Below, piece by piece: positions 1 through 8,546 of a stretch of DNA of 64,000 nt. This DNA is from Phormidesmis sp. (lineage in GTDB: Bacteria > Cyanobacteriota > Cyanobacteriia > Leptolyngbyales > Leptolyngbyaceae), in assembly GCA_965248535.1 (NCBI GenBank), contig CBDFJR010000002.1:2411206-2475205 (forward strand). The letters are read 5' to 3'. The position numbers and the translations under genes were made by a program. Below the pieces are notes generated by a model that had not been told where the DNA came from, made no database searches, and saw only the letters and a program-made list of their open reading frames with translations. Position 1 is the stretch's first letter. Every line of letters begins with the position of its first letter.

Positions 1-1428
1 GCCTCCAAACAGACTCTTGAGGTCGGTCTGAATCACGCTTGCCAAATCTCGCATCTTGGGACGATGACCAAAATGACTCAGCGCCAGGTAAACTAGCAAG
101 TCTTGGCGACGGCGATTGCTAATCTCATCCCATTCTTGCGGATTCGTGGCTTGCAAGACAATCTGAAACGCACGGCGGAGATTGCCAAACTCCGCGCTGA
201 GGGTTTCCGTTTCGGGCAATTCCTCCAGCGTGGGCAATCGTCCCCGCTCGGTGAAGAAAGTCATCAGTGGCGCGAGCTGATCCTTGTAATCTTCAAATCG
301 CTTGTTCTGAAGCTGCACTTTGGGGACGCTGACGCGCGATCGAAACCGAGCGGCGCGGAAATTCTGTGCTTGTGCCTCATCTCGAAAGACAAAATAAATC
401 CCTAGCGCAACCGGAACCGCGTCTACTCCTAGCACCTGGTCGATGTAAAGCTTGAGTTCTTCCTGGTCGTAATATTTCTGAAAGGTATTGCGGCTGGTGA
501 TAATGCCATCTCCATAGGCAATTTGGCTATTGCCCTGCGCGATCAATACCTGCGCTGCCACAATCAAAACTTGCTGGGTAAGTTCCCAAGCTTTAATTAG
601 AGCCTCTCGCCGCTCTGTTTGGGATTCAACTACATTAATGATGTAGCCCAAATTCACGACATCGGCTGTCACCAATTGGGTATCCGGTTGATAATAAGGG
701 TCCCAACCTGAACTGGGATAACCCAATTTGGCGATCCGCTCCAAATCGCCGCCCTGACCGCATCCATAGTCAAAGAATCTCGTCTCTTTCTGAAAAAGAC
801 TTGCTTCCAAGGCGAGACGGACAGGTTTAGAAAAGTCATTGCGGCTGATCGCAGCTTTGTGTCGATCGATCTTGACTTGAGAACTTTGAGAATTGAGGAG
901 CGATCGCTGAATCAGGGTATGTCCCTGAAACGCAACGCGAAACGCTGCTAATCGTTTTTCCCACGCCAAACGAGTGCCAATCCCACGCGAATTATCCAAC
1001 AACCCTAAAGCCTCTTCTTGACGAGTCAGAGCCGCAAACTGTTGGTAACGCGGATAATCTGGAGCAACGAACGTTTCCTTGCGATGCAAGATGAAAGGGT
1101 TCTCACTGCTGCTGTAGTCCCGGTGATTCACTTCCTGCTTGGCTAAATCAACCTGAAGGCTAGCGACCAGCGCTGGATGGGGATCGCTGTCAAATTCTGG
1201 ATAGGTTAAATACGAGAGGCTAGGTTTATCAAAACTAAATTTGACTAGCGTAACGGCTTCAGCAGAATCGAGGAGTTGACGCGCTTCAGCTTCGTATGTT
1301 TGTAAAAGCGGATCGAGAACTGGGACGGCTGAAATGTGAACGTAAAGCGCATCCGGCAAAAGTTTACCCACCCGACTTCGCTGGCAGGCACTGGTGATGG
1401 TGCTGAACTCATCAAGGCTACAAAACAT
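1..1428 (-). CDS. DNA phosphorothioation-associated putative methyltransferase (runs off left edge)
   Basis: Manual translation (absent from ORF track): ATG at 1428, MFCSLDEFSTITSACQRSRVGKLLPDALYVH...YPEFDSDPHPAL...NPFILHRKETFV...IDRHKAAISRNDFSKPVRLAL...FFDYGCGQGGD...GWDPYY...VVNLGYIINVVE...YGDGIITSRNTFQKYY. Open to base 1; SAM-binding motif present. Confidence 0.85.
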   Translation of the reverse strand, partial: MFCSLDEFSTITSACQRSRVGKLLPDALYVHISAVPVLDPLLQTYEAEARQLLDSAEAVTLVKFSFDKPSLSYLTYPEFDSDPHPALVASLQVDLAKQEVNHRDYSSSENPFILHRKETFVAPDYPRYQQFAALTRQEEALGLLDNSRGIGTRLAWEKRLAAFRVAFQGHTLIQRSLLNSQSSQVKIDRHKAAISRNDFSKPVRLALEASLFQKETRFFDYGCGQGGDLERIAKLGYPSSGWDPYYQPDTQLVTADVVNLGYIINVVESQTERREALIKAWELTQQVLIVAAQVLIAQGNSQIAYGDGIITSRNTFQKYYDQEELKLYIDQVLGVDAVPVALGIYFVFRDEAQAQNFRAARFRSRVSVPKVQLQNKRFEDYKDQLAPLMTFFTERGRLPTLEELPETETLSAEFGNLRRAFQIVLQATNPQEWDEISNRRRQDLLVYLALSHFGHRPKMRDLASVIQTDLKSLFGG

Positions 1429-1706
1429 TCAACACAGACTTTGGGTGACACGTCCGCCCTAACTGGAACTCATTATGCTACCGCTTGGCAAAAGTTGGTT
1501 AACTTGTACCGCTTCAGGGATCATCGTTCAGTCTATCGCTGTCGGGCTTCCTCAATCTTACCGCTATGGATGGAGTGATGAGAATTTCTTATGCGCTCCT
1601 TGAACGCTACCTGTAGTAAAATAAACCCGCTTCGATTATCTTGATCAGGATAATGTTCAATTAGCCTCGAATCATAGACAATAAATACATTAGTTCTATA
1701 TTAATT

Positions 1707-2615
1707 ATGGCAGTAGAGCAGATCACCCACAGCAATAGCGCCTCAAACCCAGTTGTGTTTGCGCGTCATGAGACCTTTCATCCCCGGTTCGGTTGGCTCA
1801 AGAAAGGGTTTGATCGCGCCTCTGCCGATTCGGAAATTTTCCTACGAGAGGATGCTCCTGTTCGCTTGGGCGTAGGAAAGAATATGGTGCGATCGATTCG
1901 CTATTGGTGTCAAGCCTTTAAGCTGCTGGAAGCTGATCAGCCCACAGAATTTGGCATTCAATTATTGGCAGAAGCAGGCTGGGACTCATTCTTAGAAGAT
2001 CCTGCCTCCTTGTGGTTACTGCATTGGAAACTACTGGAACCACCCTGTTACGCCACGACATGGGAGTTTGTCTTTAACCAGTTTCGCCCCGTCGAGTTTT
2101 CCGTTGAGGAATTGTTTAATCAGCTTTGTGAGTACCGCGATCGTATCGCTCCTCGGATGGCAGAGTCATCCTTGCGAAAGGATATTAGCTGCCTCCTGCG
2201 AACCTATACCCAACAGGTGAGCGGTAAGAATTCGGTCAGTGAAGACTCGCTAGATTGCCCCTTTTCCGAATTGGGGTTGCTCTATCCAGCAGGCAATTCT
2301 CGCACTTATGGATTTCGGATGGGGCAAAAGCCAACGTTACCCGCCGCTGTTGTCGTCTATGCCTGTTTACATTACGCCGCTCGATCGATGGAAGGACAAA
2401 AGCGAATTCCGATTGGCAAGCTGCTTTACGACCCCGGTAGCCCTGGGCAGGTGTTTCGTCTGACAGAAAGCGCCTTGGATGCTGCAATTACAGTATTCGC
2501 AGATGAGACTTCCTTGGGAATCAGCGATGCCGCCGGAAAACGAGAATTTTTCTTTAGCGATGAGCCGATCGATAAAGCAACGAATATCCTGAACACGTAT
2601 TACAGAGCGAGGTGA
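1707..2615 (+). CDS. DUF4007 family protein (SspB-like)
   Basis: FARHETFHPRFGWLKKG, LGVGKNMVRSIRYW, DPASLWLLHWKL and LDCPFSELGL are DUF4007 hallmark motifs; upstream of a large ATPase as in ssp loci. Confidence 0.85.
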   Translation: MAVEQITHSNSASNPVVFARHETFHPRFGWLKKGFDRASADSEIFLREDAPVRLGVGKNMVRSIRYWCQAFKLLEADQPTEFGIQLLAEAGWDSFLEDPASLWLLHWKLLEPPCYATTWEFVFNQFRPVEFSVEELFNQLCEYRDRIAPRMAESSLRKDISCLLRTYTQQVSGKNSVSEDSLDCPFSELGLLYPAGNSRTYGFRMGQKPTLPAAVVVYACLHYAARSMEGQKRIPIGKLLYDPGSPGQVFRLTESALDAAITVFADETSLGISDAAGKREFFFSDEPIDKATNILNTYYRAR

Positions 2616-2619
2616 GGCG

Positions 2620-5277
2620 ATGAAAAATCAATCTTTAGCAAGCTATTTCAGCCTGCATCGCCGCTACCATCGCTCTATTAATCTAGAGCGAGATTTTGAC
2701 AAGGTTGATGCGGTTGAGGGATATGTTCTGACAGAGCGATCGAGTGAAGCGCTCCAACGAATCGTGACGGCAATCGGTAATCCTAAAGCGCATCGTACCT
2801 GGACTCTCACTGGGACATATGGCTCAGGTAAATCAGCATTTGCGCTTTATCTAACTGCGCTCTGCGCTCCAGAAGACAGCTCATTCGATGAGGCGGCTTG
2901 GACGATCGCAGAACGGACACTGCCAAAAAATAGCCCTATTTTTCAGGCAATTAGAGAGTACTTGCCGACAGAAGGGTTGCTGCGGGCAGTCGTTGCGGGA
3001 GCCAGAGAGCCGCTTGGATGGACGATTATTCGAGCGCTTGCCAATGGAATAAGGCAAATCGGGTCGCGCAAGCGAAGATCAGCAGTGATACAGGCAATCC
3101 TGAATTGGGATAGTGAGGTGGCAGTGGGTCGCTGCCAGATTACAAATCAGCAAGTGTTGACGACACTCCAGCAGCTAGCCCAGATTGCAGGTATGGATAT
3201 TTTGCTGGTGATTGATGAGTTGGGCAAGAACTTAGAATATGCTTCTCATCATCGCAGCACTGAGGATTTGTACTTACTTCAGCAGATCGAAGAGTTGCGC
3301 CATCAGGATCATCAGGTCTATTTCCTGGGCTTGTTGCATCAGTCGTTTGTAGGCTACAGCGAACAGTTAACCGCGATCGAGCAAAATGAATGGACAAAAA
3401 TTCAGGGGCGGTTTGAAAATCTGCAACTAACTGAGTCTCCGAGTCAGATGACGCGGCTGATTGGCTTAGCGATCGAGCAATCTGATTCGATTTCATTAGT
3501 CTGTAATCAGCAGGCGAACCTTTGGTATCAAGCACTTCAAGCAACGTTAGTTGATCAAGAAGTATCTGCGAAAGTTTTAGCCTCAACGTATCCACTGCAT
3601 CCCATTACGGCGTTAGTCCTACCGCTGTTATGCACTCGCTATGCCCAAAATGATCGCTCGCTCTTCACCTTTTTAACGAGTGATGAACCTCACGCCTTGA
3701 CTCGATTCCTTCAAACTCACGAGCTAGAAGAAGATGAGTTTTCGACGCTTAAACTGCATCAGCTATATGATTATTTCGTGGAATCTGTTGCAGGGTTGGC
3801 TTCTCAAGTAAATCTTCAGCGCTGGGTTGAAATTCAGACTCTAATTCAGGATGCGCGATCGCAAGATGAAGACATTCTCAAGGTACTGAAAACCATCGGA
3901 ATTCTTAACCTAATTGCTTCAACAGGAACACTCAAGGCAACACCTGACTTGGTTTCATTGGCACTGTGCGATCGTCCAAATGATAAAACAGCGTTAAAGC
4001 ATTGGCGTAAACAAATTGACTTGCTGAAAAAACGCGGCACGATTATCTACCGCTCTCAGGCAGACGAACTGCGGATTTGGGAAGGATCAGATTTCGACGT
4101 AGAGGCAGAGATCGTTGAACACATTGAAAAGTCGCAGCGAGTCTCCCTTGCTGAGCTTTTGACGGCGACTCATCCGCTCAAGCCAATGGTGGCACAGCGC
4201 CACTACACAACAACCGGGAACCTTCGCTACTTTGAACAACGCTATGTGGATAGCCTGACTTCATTGGGGGATCTGCGAACGTCGCTACCTGGTACAGATG
4301 GGCTAATTCTTTATTGGCTTGATATTGATGCTCCACGAGAGATCCCTAATCAGACTGCTGATGGTAAACCTCTGATCTTAATCACAACGAACCAGCTTGA
4401 TCTACTTCGGATTCGATCGCAGCATTTGCAAGCGCTTAAAACAATTAAAGATGCACCAGAGTTAACGTCCGATGGTGTAGCAAAGCGAGAAGTGAGGCAT
4501 CGCCTAGTGTTGGCTGGTAGCTTGCTCAATGAGACCATGCAGCAAGCATTTAGTTGGGCAGAAAAACAGAATCGGTGTTGGGTCGATGGAGAACGACACA
4601 AGATTTGCAGTACTCGTGAGTTTCAAGCTGCTCTTTCTGAATTGTGCGATCGCACCTATCCGCTAGCTCTACGTCTCGACAATGAATTGATCAATCGTCG
4701 GGATTTAACGTCTCAAGGTGCAAAAGCGCGGCGAGAACTGATCGAAGAAATGCTGAAATCTGCTCATCTTGAAAGATTAGGGCTAGAAGGGTACGGTCCT
4801 GAAGTGGCGATGTACTACTCAGTTTTAGAGGCAACCGGAATTCATCGACAGGAAGCGGGTGAGTGGGATTTCTATCCGCCTCGTCTAGAGTCTGGAGTAG
4901 AAACAGTTTGGGAAAGAATAGAATCTTTTTGCATCGCATCAGTTGATCAACAGCGATCGCTAGATTTGCTCTATCGAGAATTAGAATATCCGCCCTATGG
5001 CGTGAAGGCAGGCGCAGTGCCGCTGCTGCTGGCGGCGTTCTTACTTCACCGAGCCGAGGATATTGGGGTTTACAAGGATGGAACGTTTATTCCTGTTCTT
5101 GGTCCTGAACATTTTGAATTGTTGGTGAAAGCGCCTGAGCGGTTCTCAGTTAAACATTTTGAGATTGCTGGACTGCGATCGCAGGTCTTCCAAAAGCTAG
5201 AGGTGGTGCTGAAGTCTCCCAATAGCAAAACTCCATCGGGAGTGCGGAATGCGTCTTTGTTAGCGATTGCGAGTTAG
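2620..5277 (+). pseudogene. SspC-like P-loop ATPase, probably C-terminally truncated
   Basis: RSINLERD, Walker A GTYGSGKS, Walker B LLVIDELGKNLE, EWTKIQGRF, YPLHP, QNDRSLFTFL. Ends abruptly at RNASLLAIAS* with its stop overlapping the stop of the convergent HNH gene. Truncation is inferred from my recollection that homologues are longer. Confidence 0.65.
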
Positions 5278-6719
5278 CTTCGAGAGTAAGCCCAGCCAGC
5301 TTCAAAGCCTAAGCTCGTAGCGAGAGACATCAAGGGTTGTATGGTAGAACTGTAAGCCTTGCTGAGTTTCTCAAAGTCAGTTAAATCATCTTTCGTATTC
5401 AGTCTCAAATCAGAAATATAGGAATCAATAAACTTGTTCCAGGTTCTATCTTTGCTCATCTTTTCTTTCCAGACGATTAAGCCAAGATGATGCACTCTCA
5501 CAAAGGAATCAAAATAGACTGACGAAGGAATTATTTTAGATTTTGAAGAATTAACATCGCCAAATGTTGGAATTAGATTCCAGATTTGATCATGTGCCAC
5601 GAATGACCAGGGAAGATAATGATCAAGAGAAAGTTTAGAATCTGCTCTCAAAGGGCGATTTGAGTAAATGCAGCTAATTTCGTCTGTATGCTCTAGAACT
5701 GCTTGCCAGTACTTTGTTTGGGAAGTTAAAGCGCCTCTTCTAATTTGAGGAAAAAGTTTATTTGAGATTGCAGGTGTACTTGGATTTCGGCTTTGCATAT
5801 ATTGCAGCCATTCCCAAGCAACCCATCCTCTTACAATGGAATAATTCATTCTAATGTAAGAAGTCCATTCGGGAGATAGGTAAATGGATTTGCATGAATT
5901 TGGGGAATCACCATCAAGTTTGTAAAGCGGTTTAGCTGTATCGAAATGCTGTTCAGCTAGAAGCATGATTATTTCATTTTCGATATGATCGTTTCTTACA
6001 GCGTCTCGGTTCTGGCTCTTGTAAGCTTTCAACTGCTGAGATAGAAAAGGTGTAATCAGTCGAAACGGTACATATCTCATTAACGAATCTTTCCCTATCA
6101 AAAGGCTGTCTAGGTTTCGTTTTGAGAGTTCTTCTCTAAGCAGTTCTTTCTCTGATTCGTCGAAAGCTGGCTTATCAAGATTTAGAGCAAGAGAGTCTAG
6201 CTTGATAGCAATTTTGTCTTGTGTGCCAAATGATAATTTGAAATAAGTATGCGGATACCAAGCATTGACTAATATTTCAATCAGCAACTCTCTAAAGCTG
6301 ATTGGCGACTCAGCATCAAAGTTTCGTCTTCTCAGAATGTCGAGCAAGGAGAGAAAGAAAACGTACTTATAAGAAGTGGTTGTTTTATCGAAAAGTCTGG
6401 AGAAAGCAGCAACGTTTAAGCCTTCGTTTTCAGGAAGCCACCCGAAGCCCTCACCGACAGGATTTGTCCATGTTTCTGATGAACTGGCTCCTATAGACAA
6501 ATCGGCGGCATATAGGCTGATAAACTCGTCGGCTGCATCAGGATTAATCGACCTGAGTGCTGCAATGATGCCTTGAACAGTTTCCGAGTTAGGATCTCTG
6601 ACTTCAGCGACCCATCGATGAACGTTAGACCGAGCAATACTAAGCTTTTCAGCCAATTTACCCTGGCTGATGCTGTGACTTGTCAAAACTTGCCCTAGAA
6701 CCTTGCCTGCTTTTCCCAT
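5274..6719 (-). CDS. XRE-family HTH fused to HNH endonuclease domain
   Basis: Likely start MGKAGKVL at 6719. N-terminal ISQGKLAEKLSIARSNVHRWVAEVRDP (XRE HTH); C-terminal CIYS...SLDHYLPWSFVAHDQIWNLIPTFGDVNSSKS (HNH). AT-rich with no GCGATCGC seen. Confidence 0.85.
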   Translation of the reverse strand: MGKAGKVLGQVLTSHSISQGKLAEKLSIARSNVHRWVAEVRDPNSETVQGIIAALRSINPDAADEFISLYAADLSIGASSSETWTNPVGEGFGWLPENEGLNVAAFSRLFDKTTTSYKYVFFLSLLDILRRRNFDAESPISFRELLIEILVNAWYPHTYFKLSFGTQDKIAIKLDSLALNLDKPAFDESEKELLREELSKRNLDSLLIGKDSLMRYVPFRLITPFLSQQLKAYKSQNRDAVRNDHIENEIIMLLAEQHFDTAKPLYKLDGDSPNSCKSIYLSPEWTSYIRMNYSIVRGWVAWEWLQYMQSRNPSTPAISNKLFPQIRRGALTSQTKYWQAVLEHTDEISCIYSNRPLRADSKLSLDHYLPWSFVAHDQIWNLIPTFGDVNSSKSKIIPSSVYFDSFVRVHHLGLIVWKEKMSKDRTWNKFIDSYISDLRLNTKDDLTDFEKLSKAYSSTIQPLMSLATSLGFEAGWAYSRS

Positions 6720-6757
6720 GCTTCTGATCGTGTCAGAGAAGTTTGTTTCCGTAAATA

Positions 6758-6808
6758 GAAGCCAATTGGCTTCCAACTCGTGTTATTGTGGAAACTAATT
6801 GGTTTCCA
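6758..6808. promoter_or_regulatory. Two related palindromes in the divergent promoter (candidate XRE operators)
   Basis: GAAGCCAATTGGCTTC (6758-6773, perfect) and TGGAAACTAATTGGTTTCCA (6789-6808, one mismatch); centres 33 bp apart. Confidence 0.6.
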
Positions 6809-6835
6809 TTTATTTAACCTTCAGGATGAACTTCG

Positions 6836-7027
6836 ATGCGATACGAAGACCTTCTGCACCCTTGGATAATCGTTCGTCACCTTCCAAATCTGCAAAATCT
6901 CACAGTGAAGCGGTTTCGCCGTCGGAATGATGCTGATGAGTGCCTGAAAGCCCTCCGCCGTCTTTCCCCTAACGGGGAATTCATCATCATGTTTGATGGT
7001 GCGGTTCAAACACAGGAGAAGCTCTAA
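6836..7027 (+). CDS. Small conserved cyanobacterial hypothetical protein (63 aa)
   Basis: LHPWIIVRHLPNLQ...RFRRRNDA resembles a small cyanobacterial family I associate with divergent XRE genes. Confidence 0.65.
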   Translation: MRYEDLLHPWIIVRHLPNLQNLTVKRFRRRNDADECLKALRRLSPNGEFIIMFDGAVQTQEKL

Positions 7028-7284
7028 TGACCAGAGTTAGACATTTTCAGGAGTTAGATTATGCTTTGACTCTGAGAATCCTTCATGATACGAGGGGCTG
7101 TGATAGAAGCACGATTCAAGTTAAAGACTTAACTGGTAAAGTGTTTGAGACGTGGCATCGTAGGTATAGGCTGTGGCGCAATCCAATTCATGGAACAGCT
7201 AAAAACCTTGCTGCAATCAAGACTATCTATAACGCGATCGACATTGACGATTACGTTAGAAAAAACGGTTACTACGATTATTAG
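7027..7284 (+). CDS. Hypothetical protein (85 aa)
   Basis: ATG overlaps the previous stop (TAATG coupling); no recognised motif. Confidence 0.45.
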   Translation: MTRVRHFQELDYALTLRILHDTRGCDRSTIQVKDLTGKVFETWHRRYRLWRNPIHGTAKNLAAIKTIYNAIDIDDYVRKNGYYDY

Positions 7285-7299
7285 CCTTTCTTCTCAGTC

Positions 7300-7551
7300 G
7301 ATCGCTGCACTCCTTGCTATTGATAGAGCGCTTCTTTCTACTGAAGAATTGCTCCTTTGCCATAGTGGACAGTTTCTTCGTGCTGATGGACAGTCTCTTC
7401 GTGCTGATGGACAGTTTCTTTGCAACGATGGACAGTTTCTTCGTACTGATAGATAGTTTCTTCATGACTGATAGATTGTTTCATGTCGCCGATCGAATAG
7501 CTCTTGCTGCTGATGCACTATTTCATTAGCCAGAAGAACGGCTCCTTTGGT
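7300..7551. repeat. Degenerate 21-nt tandem array (about 12 units, 4-6 well conserved)
   Basis: Core units: 7365 gtggacagtttcttcgtgctg, 7386 atggacagtctcttcgtgctg, 7407 atggacagtttctttgcaacg, 7428 atggacagtttcttcgtactg, 7449 atagatagtttcttcatgactg (22 nt), 7471 atagattgtttcatgtcgccg. Periodicity continues weakly on both sides. Confidence 0.85.
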
Positions 7552-7639
7552 AAAAAGAAACGTTCCTACCGTGAGATAGAAACGTTGTCTAATTAACCCG
7601 ATTGAAGCAAGTTGAACAAAGGTTGTCCGATTCAGGTAA

Positions 7640-8134
7640 TCAGGAAACCCCAGCAGGAATCGGTTGTGAGCTAGACTCAACCGTGTCTTTCTTGTTGCGA
7701 CGAGCAAACTGCTGCTTGAGTTGTTCCACAACAATCTTCATTCCTGGCATATCATCGTGAGCTTTGGCAGCATCGTATACTTTCAAAGAAGCGGTATACG
7801 CCTCACATTGAGCGGTGAAATAGGTGTCATCAACTAGGCTGTGCAGTTCAGTTAGAGCCATCAGCACCGGATAGAGATCTTCCATCAACTTCACGTCTTT
7901 CTGCATCTCTTCTACGTCAAACGATCGCGGTAAGCAATCGGTATGTTGTTGCGCGGCATCCAAACAATTGAGCATGAAACCACGACTGCGATCGCCAACT
8001 TTAGGCGCGGCTTTGCGATCGTCTACGGTCAAATGCACCAAAAAGGGCATGGCTTGCTTAATCGTGTCGATCGCTGCCATGACAGCTTTGCGATCTTCTG
8101 CGCTTAACGTGGCACTAATTCGGTTTGATGTCAT
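7640..8134 (-). CDS. Conserved hypothetical, likely helical protein (164 aa)
   Basis: NRISATLS...PFLVHLTVDDRK...GDRSRGF...LPRSFDVEEM...DDT...EAYTASLKVY pattern of a widespread uncharacterised family. Confidence 0.8.
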   Translation of the reverse strand: MTSNRISATLSAEDRKAVMAAIDTIKQAMPFLVHLTVDDRKAAPKVGDRSRGFMLNCLDAAQQHTDCLPRSFDVEEMQKDVKLMEDLYPVLMALTELHSLVDDTYFTAQCEAYTASLKVYDAAKAHDDMPGMKIVVEQLKQQFARRNKKDTVESSSQPIPAGVS

Positions 8135-8231
8135 ATAAATTACACAAAAAACAGCTTGTACTTAGACGGTACTGCTCCTGTTATATCGTTGGGAAAGTTA
8201 AAACCCCTGTGATCAAGCTCACTGCACTTGT

Positions 8232-8546
8232 GAAATCGGTTTATCTTTTAGCCGCCGCACTCGCTATGCACCTAATGACGCGCTTCTCAGAACGCTTGTG
8301 CTTGCATCTGTGTCAACTCGGATGGAGTTTCAAGAATTTTTAGCAAAATTGCATCAGAAATACGGCTTTATCATTGGCGATCGCCAAGCCGAAGCTCTGA
8401 TCAACTCCGGTGATGCCGATCGTGAAGACTTCGTGGCAAATGCCGAACGGCTCGAACGTCGCCTTGCCAGTATCGGGCTGCTCAAACGCCTCTCCGATGC
8501 CTGTGCCTACGTCCAAAACCCCTTTGCCTCAGAGGTGAAATCATGA
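8232..8546 (+). pseudogene. 3' remnant of an SspG/DptG-like gene
   Basis: Frame upstream of the 82-aa ORF reads EIGLSFSRRTRYAPNDALLRTLVLASVSTRMEFQEFLAKLHQKYGFIIGD...LERRLASIGLLKRLSDACAYVQNPF. This looks like a protein C-terminus coupled (ATGA overlap) to the FtsK-domain gene. Family identity inferred from position and the RLSD..AYV tail. Confidence 0.6.

Noticed and set aside
1707..5277. BREX type 4 (DUF4007-containing)
   Set aside because: No PglZ, BrxL or PAPS-reductase fusion seen; the desulfurase and FtsK-domain gene fit Ssp better.
7300..7551. CRISPR array
   Set aside because: Units are contiguous 21-mers without unique spacers, and no cas genes are present.
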